DNA of 64,000 nucleotides from an uncultured Actinomycetota bacterium (GTDB lineage Bacteria; Actinomycetota; Actinomycetes; Mycobacteriales; Mycobacteriaceae): NCBI GenBank assembly GCA_963815705.1, contig CAWFHQ010000007.1, positions 170,687 to 234,686 of the forward strand, read 5' to 3'. Shown piece by piece: positions 38,341 to 46,951 of this stretch (position 1 is its first letter; each line of letters starts with the position of its first letter). The notes under the pieces were generated by a model. It saw only the letters and a program-made list of their open reading frames with translations, ran no database searches and was not told where the DNA came from. The position numbers and the translations under genes were made by a program.

Positions 38341-41300
38341 GTGTCCAAACGAGGTTTCGTCCGCGGCAGCCGCAAGCCGGCGCCGAACGTTCCTCCGGTG
38401 CGCATCGCGGTCGCCGCACCGTTGGCGTTGCCTGAGCGTGAACCCCGCAACATCCTGCTGATGATCGCGGTGCCCGCGCTCCTGGTGGGAATCATCGGCA
38501 CCTTGGTGGTGATGTACGCGTCGGGGATTCGATCCCTGCAGTCGGGCTTCTTCCCGATGATCGGTCTGGTCGGGTTTGGGACGCTGATGTTCAGCGGGCG
38601 CTTCGGGCGAGGGCGCCGAATCAGCTGGGGTGAGCAAGAAAAACAGCGGCGCAGCTATCTGCGCCAGCTCGACGAGGACCGCGACGAGGTGCAACGCGCG
38701 GCGCAGGATCAGCGACGCAGTCAGCTCTTCGTGCACGGCGATCCGCAGAAGCTGGACACCGTCATCGGCGGGCCCCGGATGTGGGAACGGCGCCCCGCCG
38801 ACCCGGACTTCCTCGACGTCCGCTTGGGGATCGGCACCCAGCAAGCCAGCGAGTCGGCGGTGTCACTGCAGTGGCCGGACGTTCCGATCGGTGAAGAGCT
38901 CGAGCCCGTAACCGGCGGCGCGCTAAGGGATTTCATCCTCGAGCAGAGCAAGATCCGGGGTATCGGCAAGGTTCTGAGCCTACGGTCGAAGCCCGGCTTC
39001 AGCTTCATCGGTGACGATCCGAGTGAACTACACAGCCTTGCCCGCTCGATCCTGTGCTCGCTGGCCGTCTACCACAGTTCCAGCGATCTCAAGGTCATGG
39101 TGGTGACGCGCCATCCCGAGTTGTGGTCGTGGATGGTGTGGTTGCCGCACTACCAGCACGACGAGATGTTCGACGCGTGCGGACTGCGCCGGTTGGTGTT
39201 CACCTCCCCCACCGAGCTGGAAGAGGCGCTCGACGCCGAGCTGCACCGCAAGGGCCGCGGGCCGTGGACGCCACCGGTGGGAATGAGCCCCACATCTATG
39301 CCGTCGCCCATTGAGTCCAGCACCGGCCTGGCGCTGGGACCGCACTGGGTGATCGTCGACGACAACGTCGGCACCCCCGAGCAATGGGAGGGCGTGACCG
39401 GGCAGAAGGGCATGGCCGGCATCACCGTGTTACGGCTGGCCACCCGCGCGAGCGTGGGCGTCGGGTTCGCCGACGACAGTGAGCGTTTCAGTCTCCGTGA
39501 AGGCAGGCTGACGCACCGCGGCACGTTCTACGCCGTGGCGGACATGCTCGCCGAGAGCACCGCCAACCGGTACGCGCGAGCACTCGCGCGCTGGTCCCCG
39601 ATGAGTGCCGGAGAACTCTCGGAGACAGACAGCCAGGGCGGCGAACTGCTGCGCGCGCTGGGAATCAGCGATCCGCGGGAACTGGACGTCGACAGACTCT
39701 GGGGCGAGAGCCGCGGCCGCGGCGACCACAAGTGGGCGATGATGCCCGTGGGCGTCAGGCAAGGTGGTGAGCTGCAGAACGTTATCTTGCGCGCCAAAGA
39801 CTTTGGCGGTTTCGGGTTTCACTCGGTGGTGATCGGGACATCCGGTTCCGGCAAGTCGGAATACTTCCTGTCACTGTGCACTGGGATCGCGTTGACGCAC
39901 TCCCCCGAGACGTTCATCGTGATCTTCGTCGACATGAAATTCGAATCGGCGGCCCAGGACCTGCAGGGGTTCCCCCACGTCGCGGGCTCGCTGTCCAACC
40001 TGGGCAAGGACGACCGCCACCTGGCCGAGCGGATGCGTAAGGCAGTCAACGGCGAGATCGCCCGGCGTTACCGGCTTTTCAACGAAGCCGGGGCGCGCGA
40101 CGCCAACGAGTATGAGGAAATGCGGCTCGCCGGGCGCGATCTGGAACCGGTACCGATTCTGCTGGTGATCATCGACGAATATCTCGAGCTGTTCATCCAC
40201 CACCCGGAATGGATAGACCTGGTCATCCACATCGGGCAGGAGGGTCGCGGCTGTAACGTCTTCTTCACGCTCGGCGGTCAGCGGCTTGATCTGTCGTCGC
40301 TCAGTAAAGTCAAGAGCAACATCGCGTTTCGGGTGGCGCTGCGCGCCGAGACGGCGGAGGACTCCCGCGATGTGATTGGTAGCGACGCGGCGTTGCATCT
40401 GCCGTCGAAGGAGAACGGCTACGCGCTGCTCAAGGTGGGGCCACGTGACCTGGAACAGTTCCGCTGCTTCTACGTGTCCGCCCCGTTCGTGGTGCCCAAG
40501 CGGGTTGTCAACGTGAACAAGACGGTGGACGTCAGCTTTTCGCAGCCGCGGTCGTTGACCTGGGCCTACCAGCCGCTCAGCGAAGCGGACAGCGAAGCGC
40601 TGGCCGTCGCCGATGAGCCCGAGGAGCCCGACGAGTTCCTGTTCCACCCTGACGGGTTCCGGAAGAAGAAACTGGTCGACGTCATCCGCGAATCGCTGAT
40701 GGCGCACAGCGCACGCCCGCCTCACCAAATCTGGCTGCCGCCTTTGGAAGTCAGCGAGCCGATGGACGTGCTGGTGGCCAGCTGGCGGCGCAAGCCGTGG
40801 TATGTCGACTACGGGCAGAACCCCGGCTTGGTGTTCCCGGTGGGCGTCGTCGACATCCCCGAAGACCACGCGCAGCGTGTGCACGCCATCGACGCCGAGA
40901 TGGACAACATCATGGTGGTCGCGACCGCGCAGCGCGGCAAGTCAACGACCCTGATGTCGTTGATCACCTCGGCGGCGTTGATGTACCGGCCCGAACGCGT
41001 CACATTCTTCTGCATCGGGGCGTCGCTGTACCCGGTCGAAGAGCTGCCGCACGTGGCATCCGTCGTCAGCCAAACGGACAACGAGGGCGTGTCGCGAACC
41101 GTCGCGTCGATCGAGGGTCTGATCCTGGCGCGAGAGGCGGCATTCAAGCAGTACCAAATCGACATCTCCGAATTCCGCGAACGCCGGTTCGGGACCGAGC
41201 GGGGAGGCGGAACCGATCCCGCCGACAAGTTCGGTGATGTCTTCCTCGTCGTCGACAACTTCAGCGACCTGTACGACAAGGACTCCCCGATGGGAGACCG

Positions 41301-42420
41301 CCTGGTCACGATCGCCCGCCAGGGCTTGTCCTACGGGGTCCACATTGCGACCACCGCCACGGCGTGGCTGGTCGGGCAGAAACAGGCGCTGGTCAACGTG
41401 TCGAATGCGCGTATCCAACTGCGGCTGAGCAATCCCGACGAAACCCAGATGGGCGAAGGTCTCGAGCGCCGGAAAGCCGCCCGAAACACCCTGGACCGGC
41501 CCGGGTTCGGTGTCACCCGCGAGGGCCACGAATTGCTGGTCGGGGTGCCGGAGATTACGACGGCGACGGGTGAACGGGTGACAACGCGGCAACTCGGTGC
41601 CGTCATTGCCGAGGTGACCGGTGTCGGCCGGCTGGAGAAGTTGGCGCGACTGCCCGAACGGATCGAGCTGGCCCAGATCATCGCCGCGTTCGCGGAGACC
41701 GATGCCGCGTCGGACCCGTTCAACGTTCCCTTCGCCATCGGCGAAAGCGCCTTGCAGGCAACGTATTTGCCGACCCGGGTGGTGCCCAACATGTTGGTGC
41801 TGGGCCGCCAGGGGTGCGGCAAGACCACGACCCTGGCTGCCTTCGGACAGGCGGTGATGAGCCGGTTCACTCCCGAGCAGGCGCAGATCACCATCATCGA
41901 TCCCAAGACATCGCTGATCGGGAAAATTCGCGGACCGCATGTGCGGGCGTACGCCTATACCGCCGACGATATCGATGCCGTGATGGAGGAATTGGCGGCG
42001 ATGATGCGCGACCGTCTTCCCCCCTCGGGCCTGAGCCAAGAGGAGTTGCTTTCCCGGAGCACCTGGGACGGGCCGCACCAATTCCTGCTGATCGACGACG
42101 AGCAGGAACTCCGTCCGCATGGCGCAATCGGCAAGGCTGCCGCGAGCGCGCCGCTGTGGGGATTGATCGAACGCAGTCGCGAGATGGGCCTGCACGTAAT
42201 TGCCTCGCGCTTGCCCGGAAACTGGGCGGGCATCTCGGTGACCAATCCATTCCTGCAAAAAATGACCAGTTCGCGGGCGCCGACCCTATTCATGGACAAC
42301 GACCCGGCGACGGTAAAGGTGTTCGGCAGGGTGGGCGCTCAGCAACTGCCGCCGGGGCGAGGCTTGCTCGTCACTACCGACGGAGCGATCGAAGGTGTGC
42401 TGGTAGGAACGCCGGAATAG
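38341..42420 (+). CDS. eccC: type VII secretion system ATPase EccC (FtsK/SpoIIIE family, unsplit, three P-loop domains)
   Basis: 1359 aa with a GTG start 6 nt after the eccB stop. It has two N-terminal TM helices. The Walker A motifs are GTSGSGKS (aa 499-506), ATAQRGKST (861-869) and GRQGCGKTT (1155-1163). The Walker B motifs are LLVIIDEY, FLVVDNF and FLLIDDE. Confidence 0.95.
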   Translation: MSKRGFVRGSRKPAPNVPPVRIAVAAPLALPEREPRNILLMIAVPALLVGIIGTLVVMYASGIRSLQSGFFPMIGLVGFGTLMFSGRFGRGRRISWGEQEKQRRSYLRQLDEDRDEVQRAAQDQRRSQLFVHGDPQKLDTVIGGPRMWERRPADPDFLDVRLGIGTQQASESAVSLQWPDVPIGEELEPVTGGALRDFILEQSKIRGIGKVLSLRSKPGFSFIGDDPSELHSLARSILCSLAVYHSSSDLKVMVVTRHPELWSWMVWLPHYQHDEMFDACGLRRLVFTSPTELEEALDAELHRKGRGPWTPPVGMSPTSMPSPIESSTGLALGPHWVIVDDNVGTPEQWEGVTGQKGMAGITVLRLATRASVGVGFADDSERFSLREGRLTHRGTFYAVADMLAESTANRYARALARWSPMSAGELSETDSQGGELLRALGISDPRELDVDRLWGESRGRGDHKWAMMPVGVRQGGELQNVILRAKDFGGFGFHSVVIGTSGSGKSEYFLSLCTGIALTHSPETFIVIFVDMKFESAAQDLQGFPHVAGSLSNLGKDDRHLAERMRKAVNGEIARRYRLFNEAGARDANEYEEMRLAGRDLEPVPILLVIIDEYLELFIHHPEWIDLVIHIGQEGRGCNVFFTLGGQRLDLSSLSKVKSNIAFRVALRAETAEDSRDVIGSDAALHLPSKENGYALLKVGPRDLEQFRCFYVSAPFVVPKRVVNVNKTVDVSFSQPRSLTWAYQPLSEADSEALAVADEPEEPDEFLFHPDGFRKKKLVDVIRESLMAHSARPPHQIWLPPLEVSEPMDVLVASWRRKPWYVDYGQNPGLVFPVGVVDIPEDHAQRVHAIDAEMDNIMVVATAQRGKSTTLMSLITSAALMYRPERVTFFCIGASLYPVEELPHVASVVSQTDNEGVSRTVASIEGLILAREAAFKQYQIDISEFRERRFGTERGGGTDPADKFGDVFLVVDNFSDLYDKDSPMGDRLVTIARQGLSYGVHIATTATAWLVGQKQALVNVSNARIQLRLSNPDETQMGEGLERRKAARNTLDRPGFGVTREGHELLVGVPEITTATGERVTTRQLGAVIAEVTGVGRLEKLARLPERIELAQIIAAFAETDAASDPFNVPFAIGESALQATYLPTRVVPNMLVLGRQGCGKTTTLAAFGQAVMSRFTPEQAQITIIDPKTSLIGKIRGPHVRAYAYTADDIDAVMEELAAMMRDRLPPSGLSQEELLSRSTWDGPHQFLLIDDEQELRPHGAIGKAAASAPLWGLIERSREMGLHVIASRLPGNWAGISVTNPFLQKMTSSRAPTLFMDNDPATVKVFGRVGAQQLPPGRGLLVTTDGAIEGVLVGTPE

Positions 42421-42461
42421 GCCGATCTTCGGCTCGGGGGCGGGGCGGCAGAAAAGGTGAA

Positions 42462-42490
42462 TCGACACCTGGCAGCGGCCACCATAGAAT
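42462..42490 (+). promoter_or_regulatory. sigma-A-like promoter candidate for the PE-PPE pair (TCGACA-N17-TAGAAT)
   Basis: The -35 TCGACA lies at 42462-42467, followed by a 17-nt spacer and the -10 TAGAAT at 42485-42490. It sits in the 179-nt eccC/PE spacer. Confidence 0.45.
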
Positions 42491-42599
42491 CGGTCCATTC
42501 CGCGTGTTGTCGGCGGGCACAACTTGCCTGGTGGGGAGCCAGCCAAATGGGGTATACCCCTACGGATGCATCCGGGCATTGAGAAATACGGAGGGCAAA

Positions 42600-42899
42600 A
42601 TGGCTGGGATCTTTGGAATGGTGCCGGGCGCCGTTGACTTGTCGTCGGTCACCGAAGGCGCGATCAGCGAGGAGATGTCGGCAACGACCGCCGCCGGCGC
42701 GGCAGCGCTGACCGGCGTACTGCCAATGGCGCCGGACGCCGATTCTGTGGAATTCGCCGCCGCGTTGAATGCTGCGGGAGGGGCCTACTTGGCAACCGCG
42801 TCCGAGCACGCCGGGCAGCGGTCCGCCTTCTCAGGCGCGCAAGGACTTGCGTCTGTCACTAACGTCGCAGCCGACGTAGCCAGCTCGAGCGTGCTTTAA
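42600..42899 (+). CDS. PE-family-like protein (atypical, ESX-locus type)
   Basis: 99 aa from ATG 42600, preceded by GGAGGG: MAGIFGMVPGAVDLSSVTEGAISEE..LTGVLPMAPDADSVEFAAALNAAGGAYLATASEHAGQRSAF.. It is Ala-rich, about 100 aa long, and sits immediately 5' of a PPE gene. Confidence 0.75.
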   Translation: MAGIFGMVPGAVDLSSVTEGAISEEMSATTAAGAAALTGVLPMAPDADSVEFAAALNAAGGAYLATASEHAGQRSAFSGAQGLASVTNVAADVASSSVL

Positions 42900-42905
42900 C
42901 CGAAG

Positions 42906-44111
42906 ATGCCCGATCCCAGGTGGACAGGTCCGCCCGAGATCATCGCCCTGATCTTCGAGGCGGGCAACCCGGCGTCGGTGCTTGCCAACAACGCCGTGTG
43001 GGTCACCGAGACCACCAACAAGGAACTGGCGGCCGGCCTTTCCAGCGTCAACTCCCTGGCCACGGCGGCGCAATGGCAGGGCGTAGGTGCACTCGCGTCG
43101 ATGGTTACCTCGACCGGCCTCAATGCCGGACTGCACACGCTGGTGGGCTGGACCGCGGAGAAGATCGGCGTCACGACGGCTGCCGTCGAGGCCTTCATGA
43201 TCGCGCGGTCGTCGGTCATCCCATCAGTGGTGTCGACGACTAACCGGTTTGAGTGGCAAGGATTGCTCGACACGAACTTCTTCGGTCAAAACACCCCGGG
43301 AATCATCGAGCGGGATACCGAGTACTACGGCGAACACTGGCCGCACAATTCGAGCATCGGTTGGACCTACTCCGGTGCGCTGGCCGCGCTGGTCGCGGCG
43401 CTGGCCGTTCCCCCGCCCATCGCCCCGATGGGTGCCTCGCCTGCCGGTCCGGCGGCGGCGGCCTCGGCCGTGGCGCAGGCGGCCGCGGAGGGCGGCATGA
43501 ACAACGCGATGCAAGTAGGTAGCCAAGCGACACAGGGTGCCGGTCAGGCGGCGTCCGCACCCGCCGAGGGCGGCAGCCAGCTCAGTTCACTCATGCAACA
43601 GCCGCTGCAAATGATCTCTGGCCTGACCGAACCGCTGCAGCAGGTCGTCAAGGCTCCGATGGATGCGTTCCAGGGGATGGCCAGCATGCCGCAGGGCTTA
43701 CTTCAATCGATGACGAGCGCGTTTTCGTCGGCGGGCGGAGGCAATGCCGGAGCGGCCGGCGCTGCCGCCGAGCCCTTTCTGGCCGGGGCGGCCGGTCCCC
43801 TTGGCGGAGGGGCTGGCGGCGGCGGCGTGGGTGCGGGCGGCAGCTTCCCGGGCGCCGGGTTGACCAGCTACACCCGTCCGACCAGCAGTTTTGAGCCAGA
43901 GACCGGGGGCAGACCGACGAGCCTGCGTGCTGGCGTGCTCAATGCGTCCGAGCTACGCGGTCCCACCTCCCGGACGGGAACCGGGATGGGGGGTTCGGCG
44001 ATGCCGATGTCACCGGCCGGCATGCTGGGGCACGGCAAGGAGGGCCAAGCCGACAAGGACGTCACCCGCGCTCGCGTGGTCGTCGGCGGCGACCCGACCG
44101 ACGAAACCTAG
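42906..44111 (+). CDS. PPE family protein (divergent, ESX-locus type)
   Basis: 401 aa starting 6 nt after the PE stop: MPDPRWTGPPEIIALIF.., a WxG motif (QWQGVG), ..[33 protein letters not shown].. (PPE domain blocks), and a Gly/Ala-rich C-terminus. Confidence 0.85.
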   Translation: MPDPRWTGPPEIIALIFEAGNPASVLANNAVWVTETTNKELAAGLSSVNSLATAAQWQGVGALASMVTSTGLNAGLHTLVGWTAEKIGVTTAAVEAFMIARSSVIPSVVSTTNRFEWQGLLDTNFFGQNTPGIIERDTEYYGEHWPHNSSIGWTYSGALAALVAALAVPPPIAPMGASPAGPAAAASAVAQAAAEGGMNNAMQVGSQATQGAGQAASAPAEGGSQLSSLMQQPLQMISGLTEPLQQVVKAPMDAFQGMASMPQGLLQSMTSAFSSAGGGNAGAAGAAAEPFLAGAAGPLGGGAGGGGVGAGGSFPGAGLTSYTRPTSSFEPETGGRPTSLRAGVLNASELRGPTSRTGTGMGGSAMPMSPAGMLGHGKEGQADKDVTRARVVVGGDPTDET

Positions 44112-44131
44112 TCGCGACCCTCCGCTATCTC

Positions 44132-44908
44132 TTATCGCCCGGGACCGGGCGGGCCGGCGAAGGCTTGGGCGATCTCCAGCCAGCGCTGCGCGTCGGGACC
44201 GTGCGCGGTGATGTCGAGGGCACTCAGCGGCCGCCGCTGGGTGACTAGGAAGCAGAAGTCCTCCGCGGCGCCGGTGACCCGCTGGGCGGCATCCGCCGGA
44301 CCCCAGGACCAGGTGTCGCCGCCGGGCGCGCGCAGCTCGACCAGAAACGGCTCGGACGGCGGCACCAACTCGTTGACCACGAACGCGTAGTCGCGGGTGC
44401 GAACCCCCAGATGGGCGATCGAGTGCAGTCGCTCGGTCGGCGTCCGTTTGACGCCAAGCGCGTCGGCGACGTCCAGCCCGTGCGCCCAGGTCTCCATCAA
44501 CCGTGCGGTAGCCATCGACGCCGGGCTCATCGGTGGCCCGAACCACGGCAATTTCCGGCTCTCATCCACCGTGAGCAGCGCGTCGTGCAACCGCTGCCGG
44601 GTGGTCCGCCAATCGCTCAGCAGCTCGTCCGGCGGTGTGGCGGCCAGTTCTTCGGCGCCCGCGTCGACAAAACCGACGGGGTCCTGCATCGCTTCGGCCA
44701 GCACCTCGGCGAAACCCGCCTCGTCGGTGACCGAGATCAGGGCGACCCGATCGGTCCACAACAGGTGCCCGATCTGATGGGCGACGGTCCAGCCCGGCGA
44801 CGGCGTCGGGTCGGCCCAGCGCTCCGCGGCGAGCGGCGCGACCAGCACGTCGAGGTCGTCGCTCTCGGCACGCAGGTCGGCCACCATCGGCCCGGGATCC
44901 GCCATCAC
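44132..44908 (-). CDS. maleylpyruvate isomerase-family mycothiol-dependent enzyme (DinB-like, Rv0036c-like)
   Basis: 258 aa: ..[24 protein letters not shown].. This is the DinB/MDMPI N-terminal signature. Confidence 0.85.
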   Translation of the reverse strand: MMADPGPMVADLRAESDDLDVLVAPLAAERWADPTPSPGWTVAHQIGHLLWTDRVALISVTDEAGFAEVLAEAMQDPVGFVDAGAEELAATPPDELLSDWRTTRQRLHDALLTVDESRKLPWFGPPMSPASMATARLMETWAHGLDVADALGVKRTPTERLHSIAHLGVRTRDYAFVVNELVPPSEPFLVELRAPGGDTWSWGPADAAQRVTGAAEDFCFLVTQRRPLSALDITAHGPDAQRWLEIAQAFAGPPGPGR

Positions 44909-44915
44909 GACCTCC

Positions 44916-46202
44916 TTAGCGACTGCTCACCGGCTGACCGCGCCGGCCGACGAGACTGTGCACGACGAGCCCGGCCAAATACAGCGCCGACCCGAACATC
45001 ACGAACGTGGGCGCCTGCCCGTCGGCGGGGATCACCATCGCCGCCACCGTGATCGAGACGATGAACGAGACCCAGAACAGCGCGTCCTGCACCGCGAACA
45101 CATGGCCCCGCAGGGCGTCGTCGACGTCCATCTGCATCGCCGAGTCGGCGCACAGCTTGATCATCTGGCCGGTAACACCCAGGAAGAAGCTGCACGCCAC
45201 CATGACCGGCAGCATCAGTCCCGCCCCGGACAGCTCGATCAACGCGGCCGCGATCAGCGCACCGTTCACCGCCGCGTAACGCCCCCAACGGCGCACCGCG
45301 GGCGGGGTCAGCAGGGTGGCGAGGAAGGACCCGAGCCCCGAGGCGGCGAAGAACACCAGCGCGATACCCAATCCGCCGACCGCCGGGTTCTTGGTGTGAT
45401 GGACCAGCAACAGGATCACCAGCGAGTTGATGCCCACCACCATCCGGTGTGACGCCAGGCCGGACAGGGCGGCGGCGACAGTCGGCGTGGACACCACCGT
45501 GCGCGCGCCGTGCAGCCACCCCGTGATCACCGCATAGACGACCGATCCGTGGATCGCCCGCTTGGTGTCGTCCGGCCCGAGCACCCGGGGTCCGAACCGC
45601 AGGGACAGCAACAACGCGACCGACACCGGAATCAGCGCCGTGAGGATGATGACGGACGCGCCCCGATCGCTACCGCCGACGAACCACCGGGGTATGAGCA
45701 TGAAGTTGGCGCCGAAGAAGGCCGCGATGGCGCCCGAGGCGGTGGCGAGCGAGTTCATCGTCACCACCTGTTCGCGCGGCACCACGTGCGGCAATGATGC
45801 CGACAGGCCCGAGGCCACGAATCGCGAGAAGCCGTTGAAGAGCAACGCCCCCAGCAGCAGCGGAATCTCGCCGGCGCGCACCGCCAGAATCGTGCCGATC
45901 ACGATGATCAGGGCCAGCCGGCACACGTTGGCGCCGACCAGCACCCACCGCCGGTCCCAGCGGTCCATCAGCGCCCCGGCGAACGGTCCCAGCAGCGAAT
46001 AGGGCAAGAACAGGACCGCGAATGCGAACGCGATCGACAAGGGGTCGGCCGCCCGGTCCGGGTTGAAGAGCAGCGCGCCGGCCACCGTCGCCTGGAAGAG
46101 GCCATCACCGAACTGACTCGCCATGCGCAGCGCAATCACCCGCCGGAAATCCGGCATTGCGCGCACCGACTGCCACAGTTCGACGGGTGCGCGTGAGTGC
46201 AT
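44916..46202 (-). CDS. MFS transporter (Rv0037c-like)
   Basis: Polytopic membrane protein. I chose ATG 46202 ([22 protein letters not shown]..) because the 19 codons further upstream, to GTG 46259, have low GC3 and rare codons. Confidence 0.85.
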   Translation of the reverse strand: MHSRAPVELWQSVRAMPDFRRVIALRMASQFGDGLFQATVAGALLFNPDRAADPLSIAFAFAVLFLPYSLLGPFAGALMDRWDRRWVLVGANVCRLALIIVIGTILAVRAGEIPLLLGALLFNGFSRFVASGLSASLPHVVPREQVVTMNSLATASGAIAAFFGANFMLIPRWFVGGSDRGASVIILTALIPVSVALLLSLRFGPRVLGPDDTKRAIHGSVVYAVITGWLHGARTVVSTPTVAAALSGLASHRMVVGINSLVILLLVHHTKNPAVGGLGIALVFFAASGLGSFLATLLTPPAVRRWGRYAAVNGALIAAALIELSGAGLMLPVMVACSFFLGVTGQMIKLCADSAMQMDVDDALRGHVFAVQDALFWVSFIVSITVAAMVIPADGQAPTFVMFGSALYLAGLVVHSLVGRRGQPVSSR

Positions 46203-46345
46203 CCGGGTTTGGTACACAGAACCGACTTCCACGTTTGGGCTGGATAAAGATGGTCGCACTCGACGTCGCTGTAATAACAGTACAAATATTTACGGGCGGC
46301 GTTTGTTTGTGCCGGGCGATGCTACGGGAGTGCGATGATGGATTG

Positions 46346-46951
46346 ATGCCGCCGCCGGAAGATCCCGAAGACTACATCGCACCCGCTGCCCAGCGGGTGC
46401 GTGCGGGTACTTTGCTGCTTGCCAATACCGACCTTCTCGAACCGACGTTTCGGCGCAGCGTCATCTACATCGTTGAGCATAACGACGGCGGCACCCTGGG
46501 CGTGGTGCTCAACCGTTCCAGCGAGACCGCGGTCTACAACGTGTTGCCGCAGTGGGCCAAGCTCGCCGCCAAGCCGAAGACGATGTTCATCGGTGGGCCG
46601 GTGAAGCGCGACGCGGCCCTGTGTTTGGCGGCGTTGCGGATCGGCGCCGATCCGCAGGGTGTGCCGGGCTTGCGGCATGTGTCCGGCCGGATCGTGATGG
46701 TCGACCTCGACGCGGAGCCCGATGTGATTGCGCCGCTGATCGAGGGTGTCCGGATCTACGCGGGATATTCGGGCTGGACCATCGGGCAGCTCGAAGGTGA
46801 GATCGAGCGCGATGACTGGATTGTGTTGTCGGCGTTGCCATCTGACGTTCTTGTCGGTGCGAAGGAGGACCTGTGGGGGCAGGTCTTGCGCCGGCAGCCG
46901 CTGCCGCTTTCGCTGCTTGCCACCCACCCGATCGACGTCAGCCGGAACTAG
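46346..46951 (+). CDS. YqgE/AlgH family protein (UPF0301, Rv0038-like)
   Basis: 201 aa from ATG 46346: MPPPEDPEDYIAPAAQRVRAGTLLLANTDLLEPTFRRSVIYIVEHNDGGTLGVVLNR.. Confidence 0.88.
   Translation: MPPPEDPEDYIAPAAQRVRAGTLLLANTDLLEPTFRRSVIYIVEHNDGGTLGVVLNRSSETAVYNVLPQWAKLAAKPKTMFIGGPVKRDAALCLAALRIGADPQGVPGLRHVSGRIVMVDLDAEPDVIAPLIEGVRIYAGYSGWTIGQLEGEIERDDWIVLSALPSDVLVGAKEDLWGQVLRRQPLPLSLLATHPIDVSRN

Noticed and set aside
29857-44111. The idea that the ESX-like block is a recently acquired mobile or plasmid-derived island.
   Set aside because: I found no integrase, transposase, relaxase or VirB4-like genes and no flanking direct or inverted repeats. Composition looks like the rest of the window, and the left half is syntenic with core genes of M. 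tuberculosis as I recall them. Ancient plasmid ancestry cannot be excluded without phylogeny.
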